Positions 1 through 12,639 of a stretch of 64,000 nt of DNA are shown here, piece after piece. The DNA is from Mobula hypostoma. Its lineage: Eukaryota. Each line of letters starts with the position of its first letter. Positions within the stretch are counted from its first letter, which is position 1. Location of the stretch: positions 236,160,001 to 236,224,000 of the forward strand of contig NC_086097.1 in NCBI RefSeq assembly GCF_963921235.1, in the 5' to 3' direction. A program made the position numbers and the translations under genes. The notes under the pieces are model-generated. The model was not told the DNA's origin, ran no database searches, and saw only the letters and a list, made by a program, of their open reading frames with translations.

Positions 1-250
1 AAGGAGGGAAGTTTAGGGGAGACATCAGGGGTAATTTTTTACACAGATGGTTGTAAGTGCCTGGAATGAATTGCCAGGGATTGTGGTGGAGGCTAAAACA
101 TTAGACATGCACATGGACAAAAGAAAAATAGAGGGTTACGGGGTTGTGTGGGTTTAGTACGGTTTTTTAAAGGAATTTACGGGTCGGCACAACATTAAGG
201 GCCAAAAGGTCTGTACCGTGCTATAGTATTCTAGTGTCTAGTGTCTAGCG
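1..250 (+). mobile_element. CR1 LINE 3' end fragment
   Basis: CR1 3' motifs (tttttacacag...ctggaatg) ending in a (tctagtg)n tail at about 230-250. Confidence 0.75.
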
Positions 251-265
251 TCTACTGACTGTGTC

Positions 266-3200
266 GCGTGACAGTGAGTATAGGAATAGAGTGTGTTGTT
301 GGATAAATGTGTGGCTGAGGGATTAGAGCAGGGGGCAGGGATTCAGATTTCTGGATCATTGGGACCTCTTTGGGGGCAGGTGTGACCTGTACAAAAAGGA
401 TGGATTGCACTTGAATCGGAGGGGGACCAATATCCTGGCAGGGAGGTTTGCTAAGGCTGTCAGGGAGAGTTTAAACTAGAATTGCTGGGTGGTGGGAACC
501 AGATTGAAGAGACGTAGAAAGGGGTGGTTGGCTCACAAATCGAGAAAGTTTGTAGACAGGGCGAGAGGGAGGATAGGCAGGTGATAGAGAAGGGATGCAC
601 TCAGACTGATGGTTTGAGATGTGTGTATTTTAATGCAAGAAACATCATAAACAAAGTGGATGAACTTAGAGCGTGGATCAGTACTTGGAGCTATGATGTT
701 GTGGCCACTACAGAGACTTTAATGGCTCAGGGGCAGGAATAGTTACTTAGAGTGCCAGGCTTTAGATGTTTCATAAAGGACAGGGAGGGAGGCAAAAGAG
801 GTGGGGGCATGGCACTGCTGATCAGAGATAGTGTCACGGCTGCAGAAAAGGAGGAGCTCTTGGAGGGGTTGTCTACAGAGTTACTGTGGGTGGAAGTTAG
901 GAACAGGAAGGTGTCAATAACTCTACTAGATTTTTTTTTATAGACAACCCAATAGTAACAGGGACATCGAGGAGCAGATAGGGAGACAGAATCTGAAAAG
1001 GTGTGAAAATAACAGGGTTGTCATGGTGGGAGATATTACTTTCCCAAATATTGATTGGCATCTCCCTAGAGCAAGGGGTTTAGATGGTGTGGAGTTTGTT
1101 AGGTGTGTTCAGGAAGGTGTCCTGACACAATATGAAGATAAGCTTACAAGAGGAGAGGCTGTACTTGATCTGGTATGGGAAATGAACCTGGTCAGGTGTC
1201 AGGTCTCTCAGTGGGAGAGCATTTTAGAGATAGTGATCACAATTCTATCTCATTTACCATAACATTGAAGAGGGATAGGAACAGACAAGTTAGGAAAACG
1301 TTTAATTGGAGTAAAGGGAAATATGAGGCTATCAGGCAGGAACTTGGAAGCATAAAGGGGAGCAGATGTTCTCAGGAAAATGTACGGCAGAAAAGTGGCA
1401 AAAGTTCAGGGGATATTTGTGTGATGTTCTGCATAGGTACGTTCCAAAGACACAGGGAATGGATGGTAGGGTACAGGAACTGTGATGTACAAAGGCTGTT
1501 GAAAATCTAGCCAAGAAGAAAAGCTTACGAAAGGTTCAAAAAAACTAAGTGAAGATAGCGATCTAGAAGATTATAAGACTAGCAGGAGGGAGTATAAGAA
1601 TGAAAATAGGAGAGACAGAATGGGCCATGAGAAGGCCTTGGTGAGCAGGATTAAGGAAAACCCCAAGGCATTCTACAAGTATGTGGAGAGCAAGAGAATA
1701 AAACGTGAGAGAATAGGACCTATCAAGTATGACAGTGGAAAAGTGTGTATGGGTCCGGAGGAGATGGCAGAAGTACTTAATGAATACTTTGCATCAGTAT
1801 TCACTACAGAAAAAGATTTTGGTGATTGTAGCGATGACTTGCAGTGGACTGAAAAGCTTGCTTATATTGACATTAAGAAAGAGGAAATGCTGCAGCTTTT
1901 GGAAAGCATCAAGTTGGATAAATCTCTGGGACTGGACGAGATGTACCCCAGGCTACTGTGGGAGGTGAGGGAGGAGACTGCTGAGCCTATGGCAATGATC
2001 TTTGCATCATCAATAGAGATGGCTGAGGTTCCGGAGGATTAGAGAATTGCAGATGTTGTTCTTTTATTCAAGAAAGGGAGTAGAGATAGCCCAGGAAATC
2101 ATAGACCAGTGAGTCTTACTTCAGTGGTTGGTAAGTTGATGGAAGCGATCCTGAGAGGCAGGACTTATGAACATTTGGAGAGGCATAATATGATTCGGAA
2201 TAGTCAACATGGCTTTGTCAAAGGCAGGTCGCGTCTTACGAGCCTGATTGAATTTTTTTGAGGATGTGACTAAACATATTGGTGAAGGTAGAGCAATAGA
2301 TATAGTGTATATGCATTTCAACAAGGCATTTGATAAAGTACCCCATGTTAGACTTATCGAGAAAGTAAGGAGGCATGGGATCCAAGGGGACCTTGCTTTG
2401 TAGGTCCAGAATTGGCTTGACCACAGAAGGCCAAGAGAGGTTGTAGATGGGTCATATTCTGCATGGAGTTCAGTGACTTGTGATGTGCCTGAAGGATCTT
2501 TTCTGGGACTCTTTATCTTCATGATTTTTATAAATGACTTGGATGAGGAAGTGGAGGTTAGTAAATTTGTTGATGACACAAAGGTTGGAGGTGTTGTGGA
2601 TAGTATGGAGGGCTGTCAGAGGTTACAACGGGACATTCATAGGATGCAAAACTGGGCTGAGAAGTGGAAGATGGTGTTCAATCCAAATAAGTGTGAGGTG
2701 GTTCGTTTTGGTAGGTTCCCACTTGGAGTACTGTGCTCAGTTCTGGTCACGTCTCTACAGGAGGATGTGGAAACTATAGAAAGGGTGCGGAGGAGATTTA
2801 CAAGGATGTTGCCTGGATTGGGGAGCATGCTTTATGAGAATAGGTTGAGTAAACTCGGCCTTTTCTCCTTGGAGTGGTGGAGGATGAGAGATGACCTGAT
2901 AGAGGTATATAAGATGATGAGAGGCATTGTTCATGTGTATTAATGTTAAGACTCTTGGCAGTGTGGAGGATCAGAGGGATCTTGGGGTCTGAGTCTATAG
3001 GGCACTCAAATACGCTGTACAGGTTGACTGTGTGTTTAAGAAGGCATACCATGCATTGGCCTTCATCAACCATTGGATTGAGTTTAGGAGCCGAGAGGTA
3101 ATGTTACATCTATATAGAACCCTGGTCAGACTCCACTTGGAGTACTGTGCTCAGTTCTGGTCGCCTCACTACAGGAAGAATGTGAAAACTATAGAAAGGG

Positions 3201-3398
3201 TGCAGAGGAGATTTACAAGGATGTTGCCTGGATTGGGGAGCATGCCTTATGAGAATAGGTTGAGTAAACTTGGCCTTTTCTCCTTGGAGCGGCGGAGGAT
3301 GAGAGGTGACCTGATGGAGATATATAAGATGATGAGAGGCATTGTTCTTGTGTATTAATGTTAAGACTCTTGGCAGTGTGGAGGATCAGAGGGATCTT
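266..3398 (+). mobile_element. Degraded CR1 LINE (ORF1 end, ORF2 endonuclease and RT), ending in an internal tandem duplication
   Basis: ORF pieces CVYFNARNIINKVDEL, NPKAFYKYV, LDKSLGLDEMYPRLL, VPEGSFLG...FVDDTK, LEYCAQFWSP, broken by frameshifts and stops; same family as 30661-35480. Confidence 0.93.
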
Positions 3399-4110
3399 GT
3401 ACAGAACACCCTCAATGCTAACCTCCAGGTTCAGTCGATGGTGAGGAAGGCAAATGCCATGGTAGCATTCATTTCAAGAGGTCTAGAATACAAGAGCAAA
3501 GATGTGATGCTGAGGCTTTATAAAGCACAGGTGAGACCCCGTCTTGAATATTGTGAACAGTTCTGGTCCCTTGAGAAAAGATGTGCTGGCCTTGGAGATG
3601 GTCCAGGGGAGGATCAGAAGAATGATTCCAGGAATAAAAGAGTTATCATACGAGGAACGTTGATGGCTCGGGTTCGTACTCGCTGGAATTCAGAAGGATG
3701 AGAGGGGGATCTCATTGAAACCTTTTGAGTGTTGAAAGGCCTAGGCAGTGTAGATGTGTAATGTTTGTTTCCGATGGTGGGAGAGTCTAGGACAAGATGG
3801 CACAGCCTCAGGATAGAGGGGTGCCCTTTCAAAACCGAGATGCCGAGAAATTTCTTTAGCCAAAGGGTAGTGAATATGTGAAATTTGTTGTCAAATTGAG
3901 CTGTGGAGGCCAGATTGTTGGGTGTATTTCAGGCAGAGATTGATTGTTTCTTGATTGGACATAGCAACAGAGGTTACGGAAAGAAGGCCGGGAATTGGGG
4001 TTGAGGAGGAGAAAAAGAAAGGATCAGCCATGATTAAATGGCAGAGCAGACGCGATGGGCCAGATGGCTTAATTCTGATCCTATATCTTATGGTCTTATG
4101 GTCTTATGTC
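3399..4110 (+). mobile_element. CR1 LINE 3' fragment of a second subfamily
   Basis: RGLEYKSKDVMLRLYKA...LEYCEQFWS; (tatggtct)n tail at about 4085-4110. Confidence 0.88.
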
Positions 4111-4239
4111 TTAATTATTTTGAGCATATTACTCACAAGGCAGCTTCCATGTATTAAGGGAATGTATTTAAAAGGACTGCAAAATCTGTCCAGTGAAAAC
4201 GTAATTGTATATGGGTGAAACAAATGGATGTTGTTGTTA

Positions 4240-6265
4240 TGTCCCGTATGTTTTTTGCTCTGGAGGAACCCTTGAAATAATTTTCAGGTCTCAGGGAATT
4301 CCTGTGTAAAAATTATTTTATCTACAGCTCATGGTATGCTTGCATGATCAGTAAGTTGTAGATACAATCCAAAAATAATTGTCAATGCTTTTTGAGTAGA
4401 GAATGAATATTTTGCCAAACTTTCTTGAAAAAAAAAACAGATACTTAAGGTTAGCTTACCTTTCTTGAGATTAATCTCTTTCTTTCTCTTTCATAACTTT
4501 TAAAAACTTGTAAGTAAATAATAAATTTCTCAATTCTGGTTCAAACTTGAGATAAGCACACACGGATTTCACCTTCAACTGAAATGAGATGATTTCTATC
4601 CTTGTTCTTGATGCTTGTTAAACAAGAAAAAACTTGCTCACACATGTAAGAAGTTGAAAACTGCAGCAAAATGTTCATTGATTTTCTACGAATGGCAGAA
4701 TACACTTCTTTCACAGGAATCCAGAACTTGTCCAGGAGTAGGTCAGTAAATTTCATTTTGAGTGCATGATCAGAGTGCAGCTCACAAAATTCTTCCTTTT
4801 CTCTCAAAGTTAAGTTCTCAGGCTGAGAAGCAGATTCAGAGAAAGGGTCCCTCACCCAGTTATACACTTGTGTTGAAAGAGAGAAAAAATACTGTTTAAT
4901 TTTGTTCTGCAGTTCTACCAGGTGGTTTTCAATAAGACTCAAAACTTTCTGATATCCTTCATCATTCTCAAGCCCAAGCAACAGTGGAAGCATTTCAAGA
5001 TTTCCTTTTGCCACATGATTTTTCCAAAGATTCAATTTCTTTTTAAATCCAAGAATCTTATCACTTGAAGTCAAACCATTTTCTCCAGGGCCTTACAGAG
5101 ACTTGTTCAACTAGTTCATATGATGAAAAATATCTGTTTAAGAAGGCTAATTTCTACAGCCATTCTTCATCTTCAAAGCACTTAGCAAAATCTGATCTAC
5201 CATTTTCTTGAAAGTACTCCTGTAATTCACACTTCAGCTCAAGCATCCTGTTGAGAACTCTTCCTCCGCTAAGCCACCGGATTTCTGTATGTAGCAGGAG
5301 ATTGGTGTGCTCTTTGTCCGGGTTTTGACAGTTTTAAAAAACATTTTCGAATGAACTGATTTTAACGCTACTAAGTAACTTGTTTCCTACCTTTTACTGA
5401 CTGTGACTTCATTTTCAAAAGCTTTAATATGTTTGTTTGAGATTCTCACAGTCATTTAAAATAATCAGCATTTCTATGCCTCATATGTCTGTTATTTGTA
5501 GTTAAGTGTATTTTCTATTTTGCTGGAGCCATTGCTGCATTTGTTGTTTGCCATAGTCTAGGCAAAATGGAGCACCAGTTCATGTAAAACCCATTGATAA
5601 GTAGCTTTCATTGTAAAGACAGAATCCTTTTGCGTCTGTTGTTGTACTAGTGCAGTGAAATTACTCAGAAGATTGTAATTCTTCACCATTAACCTTATCA
5701 GAATTGTTCCTAGACCTAGTCCTAGATTCCTCCACTTCAAAAATCAGCACAGTGGGCCATCTTTAAATGAAAGATTCTCTCCAATTTTCTACTACACCGA
5801 TAGAGTTTGTTCACTCCCATAAGTCAGTCGACGGCACGTGAAGATAAGTTGGGGAAAGTAATTTTGGGGGGGAAGGGCTGACGTCACAGCCCATGTTGGG
5901 CGAGTCCATGCAAGGCTTGGAAAATGCACTTCATGCTCCTCATCAGTCTACTGTCCTCCCTCTGTACAACACAGCGCTCACCAATGATCAGGCTACCATC
6001 CTCCCCTCTGTGGAATACAGCACTCGCCAATTATCAGTGGCCTCCCCCATCTTGCGTCAAAAGCTGAGAATGAATACTGTCCTATTGCACACTCTGTACT
6101 GGGCTGAGAGACCTCTGGTCGGTCACTGCACACAACTGTGAGTGCTAGCATAGTGTGTTACGTGAAGTTCAAAAAACAATGTGTTTTTTATCATGATCTC
6201 CTGTGGAACCCTTAACGACCTCTCACTGAACCCTAGTGTTCCACGGAATCCCGATTAACAACATG
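4240..6265 (-). mobile_element. Decayed hAT (Buster/Charlie, ZBED5/SCAND3-like) DNA transposon
   Basis: ORF 4541-5074 has the hAT C-terminal dimerisation motif (FW...LLQFSTSYMCEQVFSCLTSIKNKDRN); ggaaccc subterminal motifs at both ends. Confidence 0.85.
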
Positions 6266-7224
6266 AAATTTTTACTCTTTGTAGACATTCTCGAAACAGA
6301 AAAAAAAACTAAGAATGAATGAAAGAAGCATCAGAACACCAGGCCCCCTCCCCCTCCCACACACAAGCAGCAACAAGAACATTGACTCTTCCCCCCCCCC
6401 CATCGCACTTGCTCAAGCTAAAGCACCTCCCCACATCTCCCCACCAAGCAAGCAACAGCAAAGCCTCCAAAGGGACCTTGATCTAGAGTCCATCAAAAAA
6501 CTACAGTCTATTTCAACACTTCAGTATCTCAGACAGGCACTCTCTCACTAGCGAAGGAGAGAAAGGTTGCTCTTGCAACAAATGAGAGCGGGAGACCAGC
6601 AAATAGCTGTTCCGATGTTACAATCTTCTGCATCATGCCATAATTATAAACATGATTACAAACAACAGTAAACATTAAAAATCTGGCACAAAAGGAGAAA
6701 ATGTTGGAAATTTACAACATCAACAGATCTATATAGATCAATAACAATAGATCCATCAACAGCAGGTTAGCCTCTGTTGGAATTATAAAGCTTCTTGCAT
6801 TTGAGAATAAAGTAAGAATATATTTCCATCTTTACACAAAGTGATGAATGATGCAAGAATAAAGAAGTTATTTCTTTAATAAAGAAATAAAAGCTTCTTT
6901 GTTTTATCTAGAGTAAAACAGATGCTTAAAATCATGATACAGAGCTTGAGCTACTTGAGTAAATTGCAACTGTAAAAGTGTTGGACAGATTTGCAGGTGC
7001 TTTAGTTACCTGTAATATATCCTGTTTTTACATTTTAACAAATGCATACATTATCATGACACTTTTTACTTTTGATTTCTGGTGTAGTTCTACTTCTGCA
7101 AATATTTATTTCCACTGAGAATTATGCTCCTCAATGTGTCTTGTACTACAGGAAGGGATTTATGTAGGAAATGAAATCAAAGATAGAGTTAGAAGGAGAA
7201 GCTGGACCAACATGGATGGGCCGC

Positions 7225-7345
7225 ACACCAGCACAGTGGTTAATGCAAAGCTTTTAAAATGCCAGCAATTCACACTGCTGTCCGTGACCATATGGTTTTT
7301 CTCTGGTTGCTTCAGTTTCTTCCCACATTCCAAACTCATACTGGT
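7225..7345 (+). mobile_element. tRNA-derived SINE fragment (shark/ray HE1-like)
   Basis: gcacagtggtt head and ggttttctctggttgcttcagtttcttcccacattccaaa core, similar to 45610-45830. Confidence 0.55.
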
Positions 7346-8099
7346 TTAAGTTCAAGTTCAAAGTTCAAAATGCATTCATTATCAAAGTTTGTATACATCA
7401 TACAACCCTGCAATTCATCTCCTTACAGGCAACCACAATACAAGGAAACACAAAAGAACCCATTAAAAATAGAACATCAGGCACCCAATGTGCAGAGAGA
7501 AAAAAAATAATCATGCAAACAATAAAAGCAAGCAAATAGCATTTAGTACTGGTGTTCACGAAAGAGAGTCGGCCCACAGACACAAAGCCACAGCCTCAGT
7601 TCAGCACAGAGCCGAGTCAATGTCATGGAGCAGTGAGCTGAACCGGCCCATTCCTCACCTTCTGGCCCCAACACACTGATCTTTTCGATCTGACACTGCA
7701 CTTAAATCGTTGTCCAAATATCGGGTTCTGTTGCTTGGTGACCTGGATGTAGTTGGGCCTTGCAGGCTCATTGGGTCCAAGACTAAACTTCAAATGTTTT
7801 CCCTGGATCGTCAGAGGCTGAGGAGCCACCTGATACAAATGTATAAAATTATGAGAAGGCATAGAAGGTCAGATATTCAGATTCTTTTTTCCCCCAAAGT
7901 GGATATATTAGATATATTAGAAGGCATATTTTTAAGCGGAGAGTGAGAAAGTTTAAAAAAGATTTATGAGGCAAATGTTTTTTTACATAGTGAGTTGCAA
8001 GTGCCTGGACTGAGCTGCCAGGGGAATTGGTGGACGCTAATACAATGTAATCAGAATCAGAATCTGAATCGGGTTTAATATCACTGTCATACAGAGTCA

Positions 8100-8890
8100 T
8101 AACCATAGAGTAATAGAAAAGTACAGCACAGAAACAGACCCTTCAGTCCAACCATTTAAACTACCTACTACCATCATTCACCACTGTGACCATAGCCCTC
8201 CATACCCCTACCATCCATGTACCCAGTAAACAACAGTAAACATTAACAATCTGGCACAAAAGGAGAAAATATTCAAAATTTACAATAGGTCCATCAAGAA
8301 CAGGTTAGCCTCCAATGGAACTATAAAGCTTCCTGCAAATCCGTCCAACATGTTTACAGTTGCAATTTACTCAATTTCCTTTAAATGTTGAAATCGGGCA
8401 TCACTTGCACTGGCAGCTCATTCGACATTCTCTTCATCCTATGAGTGAAGAAGTTTCCCCTCATGGTTCCCATTAAACTTTTCAGCTTTCACCTCTAACC
8501 TATGACCTCTAGTTGCAGTCCCACCCAAGCGTGGTGGAAAAAGCCTTATCTATATCCCAGCAACATACATCAAATTTGCTGGTGAACGCAGCAGGCCAAG
8601 CAGCATCTGTAGGAAGAGGTGCAGTCGACGTTTCAGGCCGAGACCCTCATGATTTTGTATACCTCCATCAAATCTCCTCTCAATCTTCTACATTCCAAGA
8701 AATAAAGTCTTAACCAATTCAATCTTTCCTTATAACTCAAGTTTTCCAGTCCTGGCAGCATCCTTGTAAATTTTCTCTATACTCTTTCAGCCTTATTTAT
8801 ATCTTTCCTGTAGGCAGGTGACCAAGAACTTCACAGAATACTCCAAATTAGGCCTCAGAAACTTCTTACACAATTTAACATAGCAACTCA
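8100..8890 (-). mobile_element. CR1 LINE 3' fragment carrying nested insertions
   Basis: Reverse-complement CR1 3' UTR and ORF2 end; interrupted at 8228-8374 and about 8560-8647. Confidence 0.8.
8560..8647 (-). mobile_element. Short PLE pLTR fragment with a partial hammerhead motif
   Basis: ttgctggtgaacgcagcaggcc...gcagtcgacgtttcaggccgagaccc matches the reverse complement of the PLE terminal region at about 11290-11380. Confidence 0.85.
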
Positions 8891-9665
8891 ATGTTGTGAT
8901 ATTTGTTGTTTTGTGGCAGCAGTACATTGCAATAGATAATTTTGAGAATAAACTATAAATTACAATAAGTACATAAAATCAATTAAAAAGTAGTACAAAA
9001 GAACAAGACAACAAAAAATACAGTGAGGTAGGTTTTATGGATTAATTGTCTATTCAGAAATCTGATGGTGGAGGGGAAGAAGCTGTTCTCGAAATGTGAG
9101 TGTATGTCTTCAGACTCCTGTACGTCCTCTGTGCTGGTAGCAATAAGAAAAGGGCATGTCCTGGATGAAAGTCATCCTCAGTGATGGATGCCACCTTTTT
9201 GAGACATCGGGCTTTGAAGGTGTCCTTGATGCTGGGAGGGGACTAGTGCACTTGATGGAGCTAGCTGAACTTATAACTTTCTGCAGCTTTTTATGATCCT
9301 GCGCAGTGGCTACCCTCCATATCAGATGGTGGTTCAACCAGTTAGAATGCTCTTCGCAGTACATCTGCAGAAAATTTTGAGAGTCTTTGATGACATACCA
9401 AGTCTCCTGAAACTCCATAACAATTTGAGCCTCTGTAGTGTCTTCTTCATGATTGCATCAATATGTCGGGCCCAGGAAGGATCTTCAGAGATATTGATAC
9501 CCAGGAACTTGAAACTGCTCACCTGTTCCACTGATGGTTCTTCAATGTAGACTGATGTGTATTTCCTTGACCTCCCCTTCCTAAAGTCCACAATCAATTC
9601 CTTGGTCTTACTGATGCTGAGCGCAAAGTTGTTATAATAACACCACTCAACCAGCTGTCTATCTC
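8890..9665 (-). mobile_element. Rex1/Babar-like LINE 3' fragment
   Basis: IVDFRK...VEQVSSFKFLGINISEDPSW...ILTG motifs. Confidence 0.85.
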
Positions 9666-10532
9666 ACACCTACCGCAATATTTAAGAAGCTTTTAGAGAA
9701 ATGAATAAACAGGCAATTGAAGGATATAGATCGTGTGCAGGCAATGACACCTCTCTCCACTTTTTTGATGTCTTTGTCTCCATCTCTGGAGACATAATGT
9801 CTACCAATATCTTGGTAAACCCATGGCTATCTTGTCTATATATTTTCCCACTCTATGTCCTGTAAAATGCTATTCCTTTCTCATAGTTCCTTCATCTCCA
9901 CCACATCTGTTCCCAGGATGAAGTTTTCATTTCCAGGACATCAGAGCTGTCCTTCTTCAAAGAAGAAAGTTTCCCTTCTTCCACCATTGATGCTGCCCTC
10001 ACCTGCATCTCCCTCATTTCCCACAACATCTGCCCTCACCTCATCTTCCCACTGCCTTAACAGGGATAGAGTTGCTGTTGTCCTCACCTACCACCCCATG
10101 AGTCTCTGTATCCAGCATATCATTCTCCACAACTTCCACCATCTTCAACAGAACCCTGCCACCAAATACATTTTTACTTCAGTGCCTCGCTCCGCTTTCC
10201 TCAAGGATCACTCTCTTCGTGATTCCCTTGTCCGTCTATTCCTCTCCACTATTCTCCCTCCTGGCACTTATCCTTGCAAGTGGAGGAAGTGCTACATCCA
10301 CCCATTCACCTCCTCCCTCATCTCCGTTCAGGGCCCCAACGGTCAGTCCAGTTGAGGCAACACTTACTCTGTGAATCTGTTGGGGTCAATTACAGAAATT
10401 GGTGCTCTCGATGTGGCCTCCTCCACATTGCTGACGACCTGACATAGACTTGGGGACTGCTTTGTTGAGCACGTTTGCTCCATCCGCGAAAAAAGCAGGA
10501 TTTCCTGGTGACCAAACATTTTAATTACTATC

Positions 10533-11417
10533 GCTCCCCCCCCCCCGATCTCCCTCCTGGCACTTATCCTTGTAAGCGGAACAAGTGTTACACATGCCCT
10601 TATACGTCCTCCCTCACCACCATTCAGGGCCCCAGACAGTCCTTCCAGGTGAGGTGGCACTTCACCTGTGAGTCGACTGGGGTGATATACTGCGTCTGGT
10701 GCTCCCAATACGGCCTTCTATATATTGGTGAGACCCGACGCAGACTGGGAGATTGTTTCGCTGAACACCTACTCTCTGCCCGCCAGAGAAAGCAGGATCT
10801 CCCAGTGGCCACACATTTTAATTCCACATCCCATTCCCATTCTGATATGTCTATCCACGGCCTCCTCTACTGTAAAGATGAAGCCACACTCAGGTTGGAG
10901 GGACAACACCTTATATTCCGTCTGGGTAGCCTCCAAACTGATGGCATGAACACTGACTTCTCAAACTTCCGCTAATGTCCCACCTCCCCCTTGTACCCCA
11001 TCCGTTATTCATTTATTTATATACACACATTGTTTTTCTCTCTCTCCTTTTTCTCTCTCTGTACCTCTCATTATACCCCTTGCCCATCCTCCGGCCTTTT
11101 TCCCCCCCTCCCCCTTTTCCTTCTCCCTAGGCCTCCGGTCCCATGATCCTCTCATATCCCTTTTGCCAATCAACTGTCCAGCTCTTGGCTCCATCCCTCC
11201 CCCTCCTGCCTTCTCCTATCATTTTGGATCTCCCCCTCCCCCGCCCACTTTCAAATCTCTTACTAGCTCTTCCTTCAGTTAGTCCTGACGAAGGGTCTCA
11301 GCCCGAAACGTCGACTGTACCTCTTCCTAGAGATGCTGCCTGGCCTGCTGCGTTCACCAGCAACTTTTATGTGCGTCGCTTGAAATTCCAGCATCTGCAG
11401 ATTTCCTCATGTTTGCG
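10533..11417 (+). mobile_element. Young 5'-truncated Penelope-like element (GIY-YIG endonuclease plus pLTR)
   Basis: ORF with CKRNKCYTC linker and GVIYCVWC...LYIGETRRRL...EH GIY-YIG motif; 15-bp TSD attttaatt(a/g)ctatc at 10518-10532 and 11418-11432. Confidence 0.93.
11281..11316 (+). ncRNA. Minimal hammerhead ribozyme motif (PLE-associated)
   Basis: AGUC-CUGACGA-A-GGGU(CUCA)GCCC-GAAA-CG-UC^GACU: helix I AGUC/GACU, helix II GGGU/GCCC, intact core. Confidence 0.82.
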
Positions 11418-12639
11418 ATTTTAATTGCTATCCCCATTTCCATTCCAACATAACCTCCTCTATTGCAATGATAGGCCACACTCAGTTTGAAGGAGTAACA
11501 CCTCCTCCTTTTCTCTTCTTCAATTCTCTGCACTGGGCCACCTGCCTTACCTCTTCTCTTCTCCTCATCTGCCTATCACTTCCATAGTACCCCTCCTCCT
11601 TCCCATTCTCACAAGGCCCAATCTCCTCTTCTGTCAGATTCCTTCTTCTTCAGCCCTTAACATTTCTCACCTATCATCTCCCAGCTTTCTTTCTCCTGCC
11701 CTCCCACCTCTCACCCACCTGGCTTCAGCCATCACCTTCTAGTGTGTACTCCTTCCCCACCTCCAACCTTCTTATTCTGACTTCTTCCTGCTTCTTTTCC
11801 AGGCCTGATGAAGTGTCTCAGCCTGAAGCATCGATTGTTCATTCATTTCCACAGATGGTGCCTGACATTTTCTGCATGTTGCTCTGGATTTCCGGCATCT
11901 GCAGAATCACTTGCATTGTTGATCTCTCTTCTTGCTTCTGCAATTCATGCCTCTGCCAATTAGTGAAGCATTAGTAAGGCTTCAGAGAATTGTCAATATT
12001 TTCATTGTTTCTGATGAAGATTGTCTGAATCAAGGATGACATTTTATATGTGCCCTGGACACATGTAAAGAGCAGTGCATACTAAGTGCAAGGCTTTAAT
12101 TACATCGGTATCTCATAACAAAATAGGTGTTGTGTTCTACAGTAATTTAATTTAATGTATTAGGTTTTTAATCAAAATGGTAATTAACTTTACATATTGT
12201 TAAATTATGTTATTGCAACAGCATCTCATTACAAAAGCCTAATAATCATCTGGAATTAAAGGTGATCACATGAAAAAAAAAAGTGTTTCCATGCCTTCCA
12301 AGACAAAAAATCATGGTAGTTATGCATTCGTATTTAATTTGTTTTTAGGGATAGCAGAATCACCACAAGGATGCAATCTGAAAATGAAAACACACATCAA
12401 TCTCGAAACTTAATTAGCTGAAAAGATATAGTTTTGAAGGATAAGAGAAGGAACTTTTATTCAATATGCATATACAGTAAAATGATAATTGTTTCTGTCT
12501 CCTAAAACTAAGCTTATCTAATGTAAAAGAATCAGAGAACTTGACAAAGGGGAAATCTAAAAACAAGTGGAAAAAAGATTGGATTAACGTAGTAAGAATT
12601 TTGGGACTTTCTATTAAACTTACCTCCAAACTTATTTTA

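Larger units (their letters stand above)
9745..11920 (+). mobile_element. Older Penelope-like element, split by a younger PLE
   Basis: RDRVAVVLTYHP...RDSLVR...PGTYPCKWRKCY; pyrimidine-rich tail; degenerate hammerhead-like cctgatgaag...gcctgaagc at about 11803-11830. Confidence 0.85.

Noticed and set aside
4541..5074. Possible domesticated ZBED/SCAND3-type host gene
   Set aside because: Upstream transposase region is broken by stops and deletions, and transposon subterminal motifs flank it
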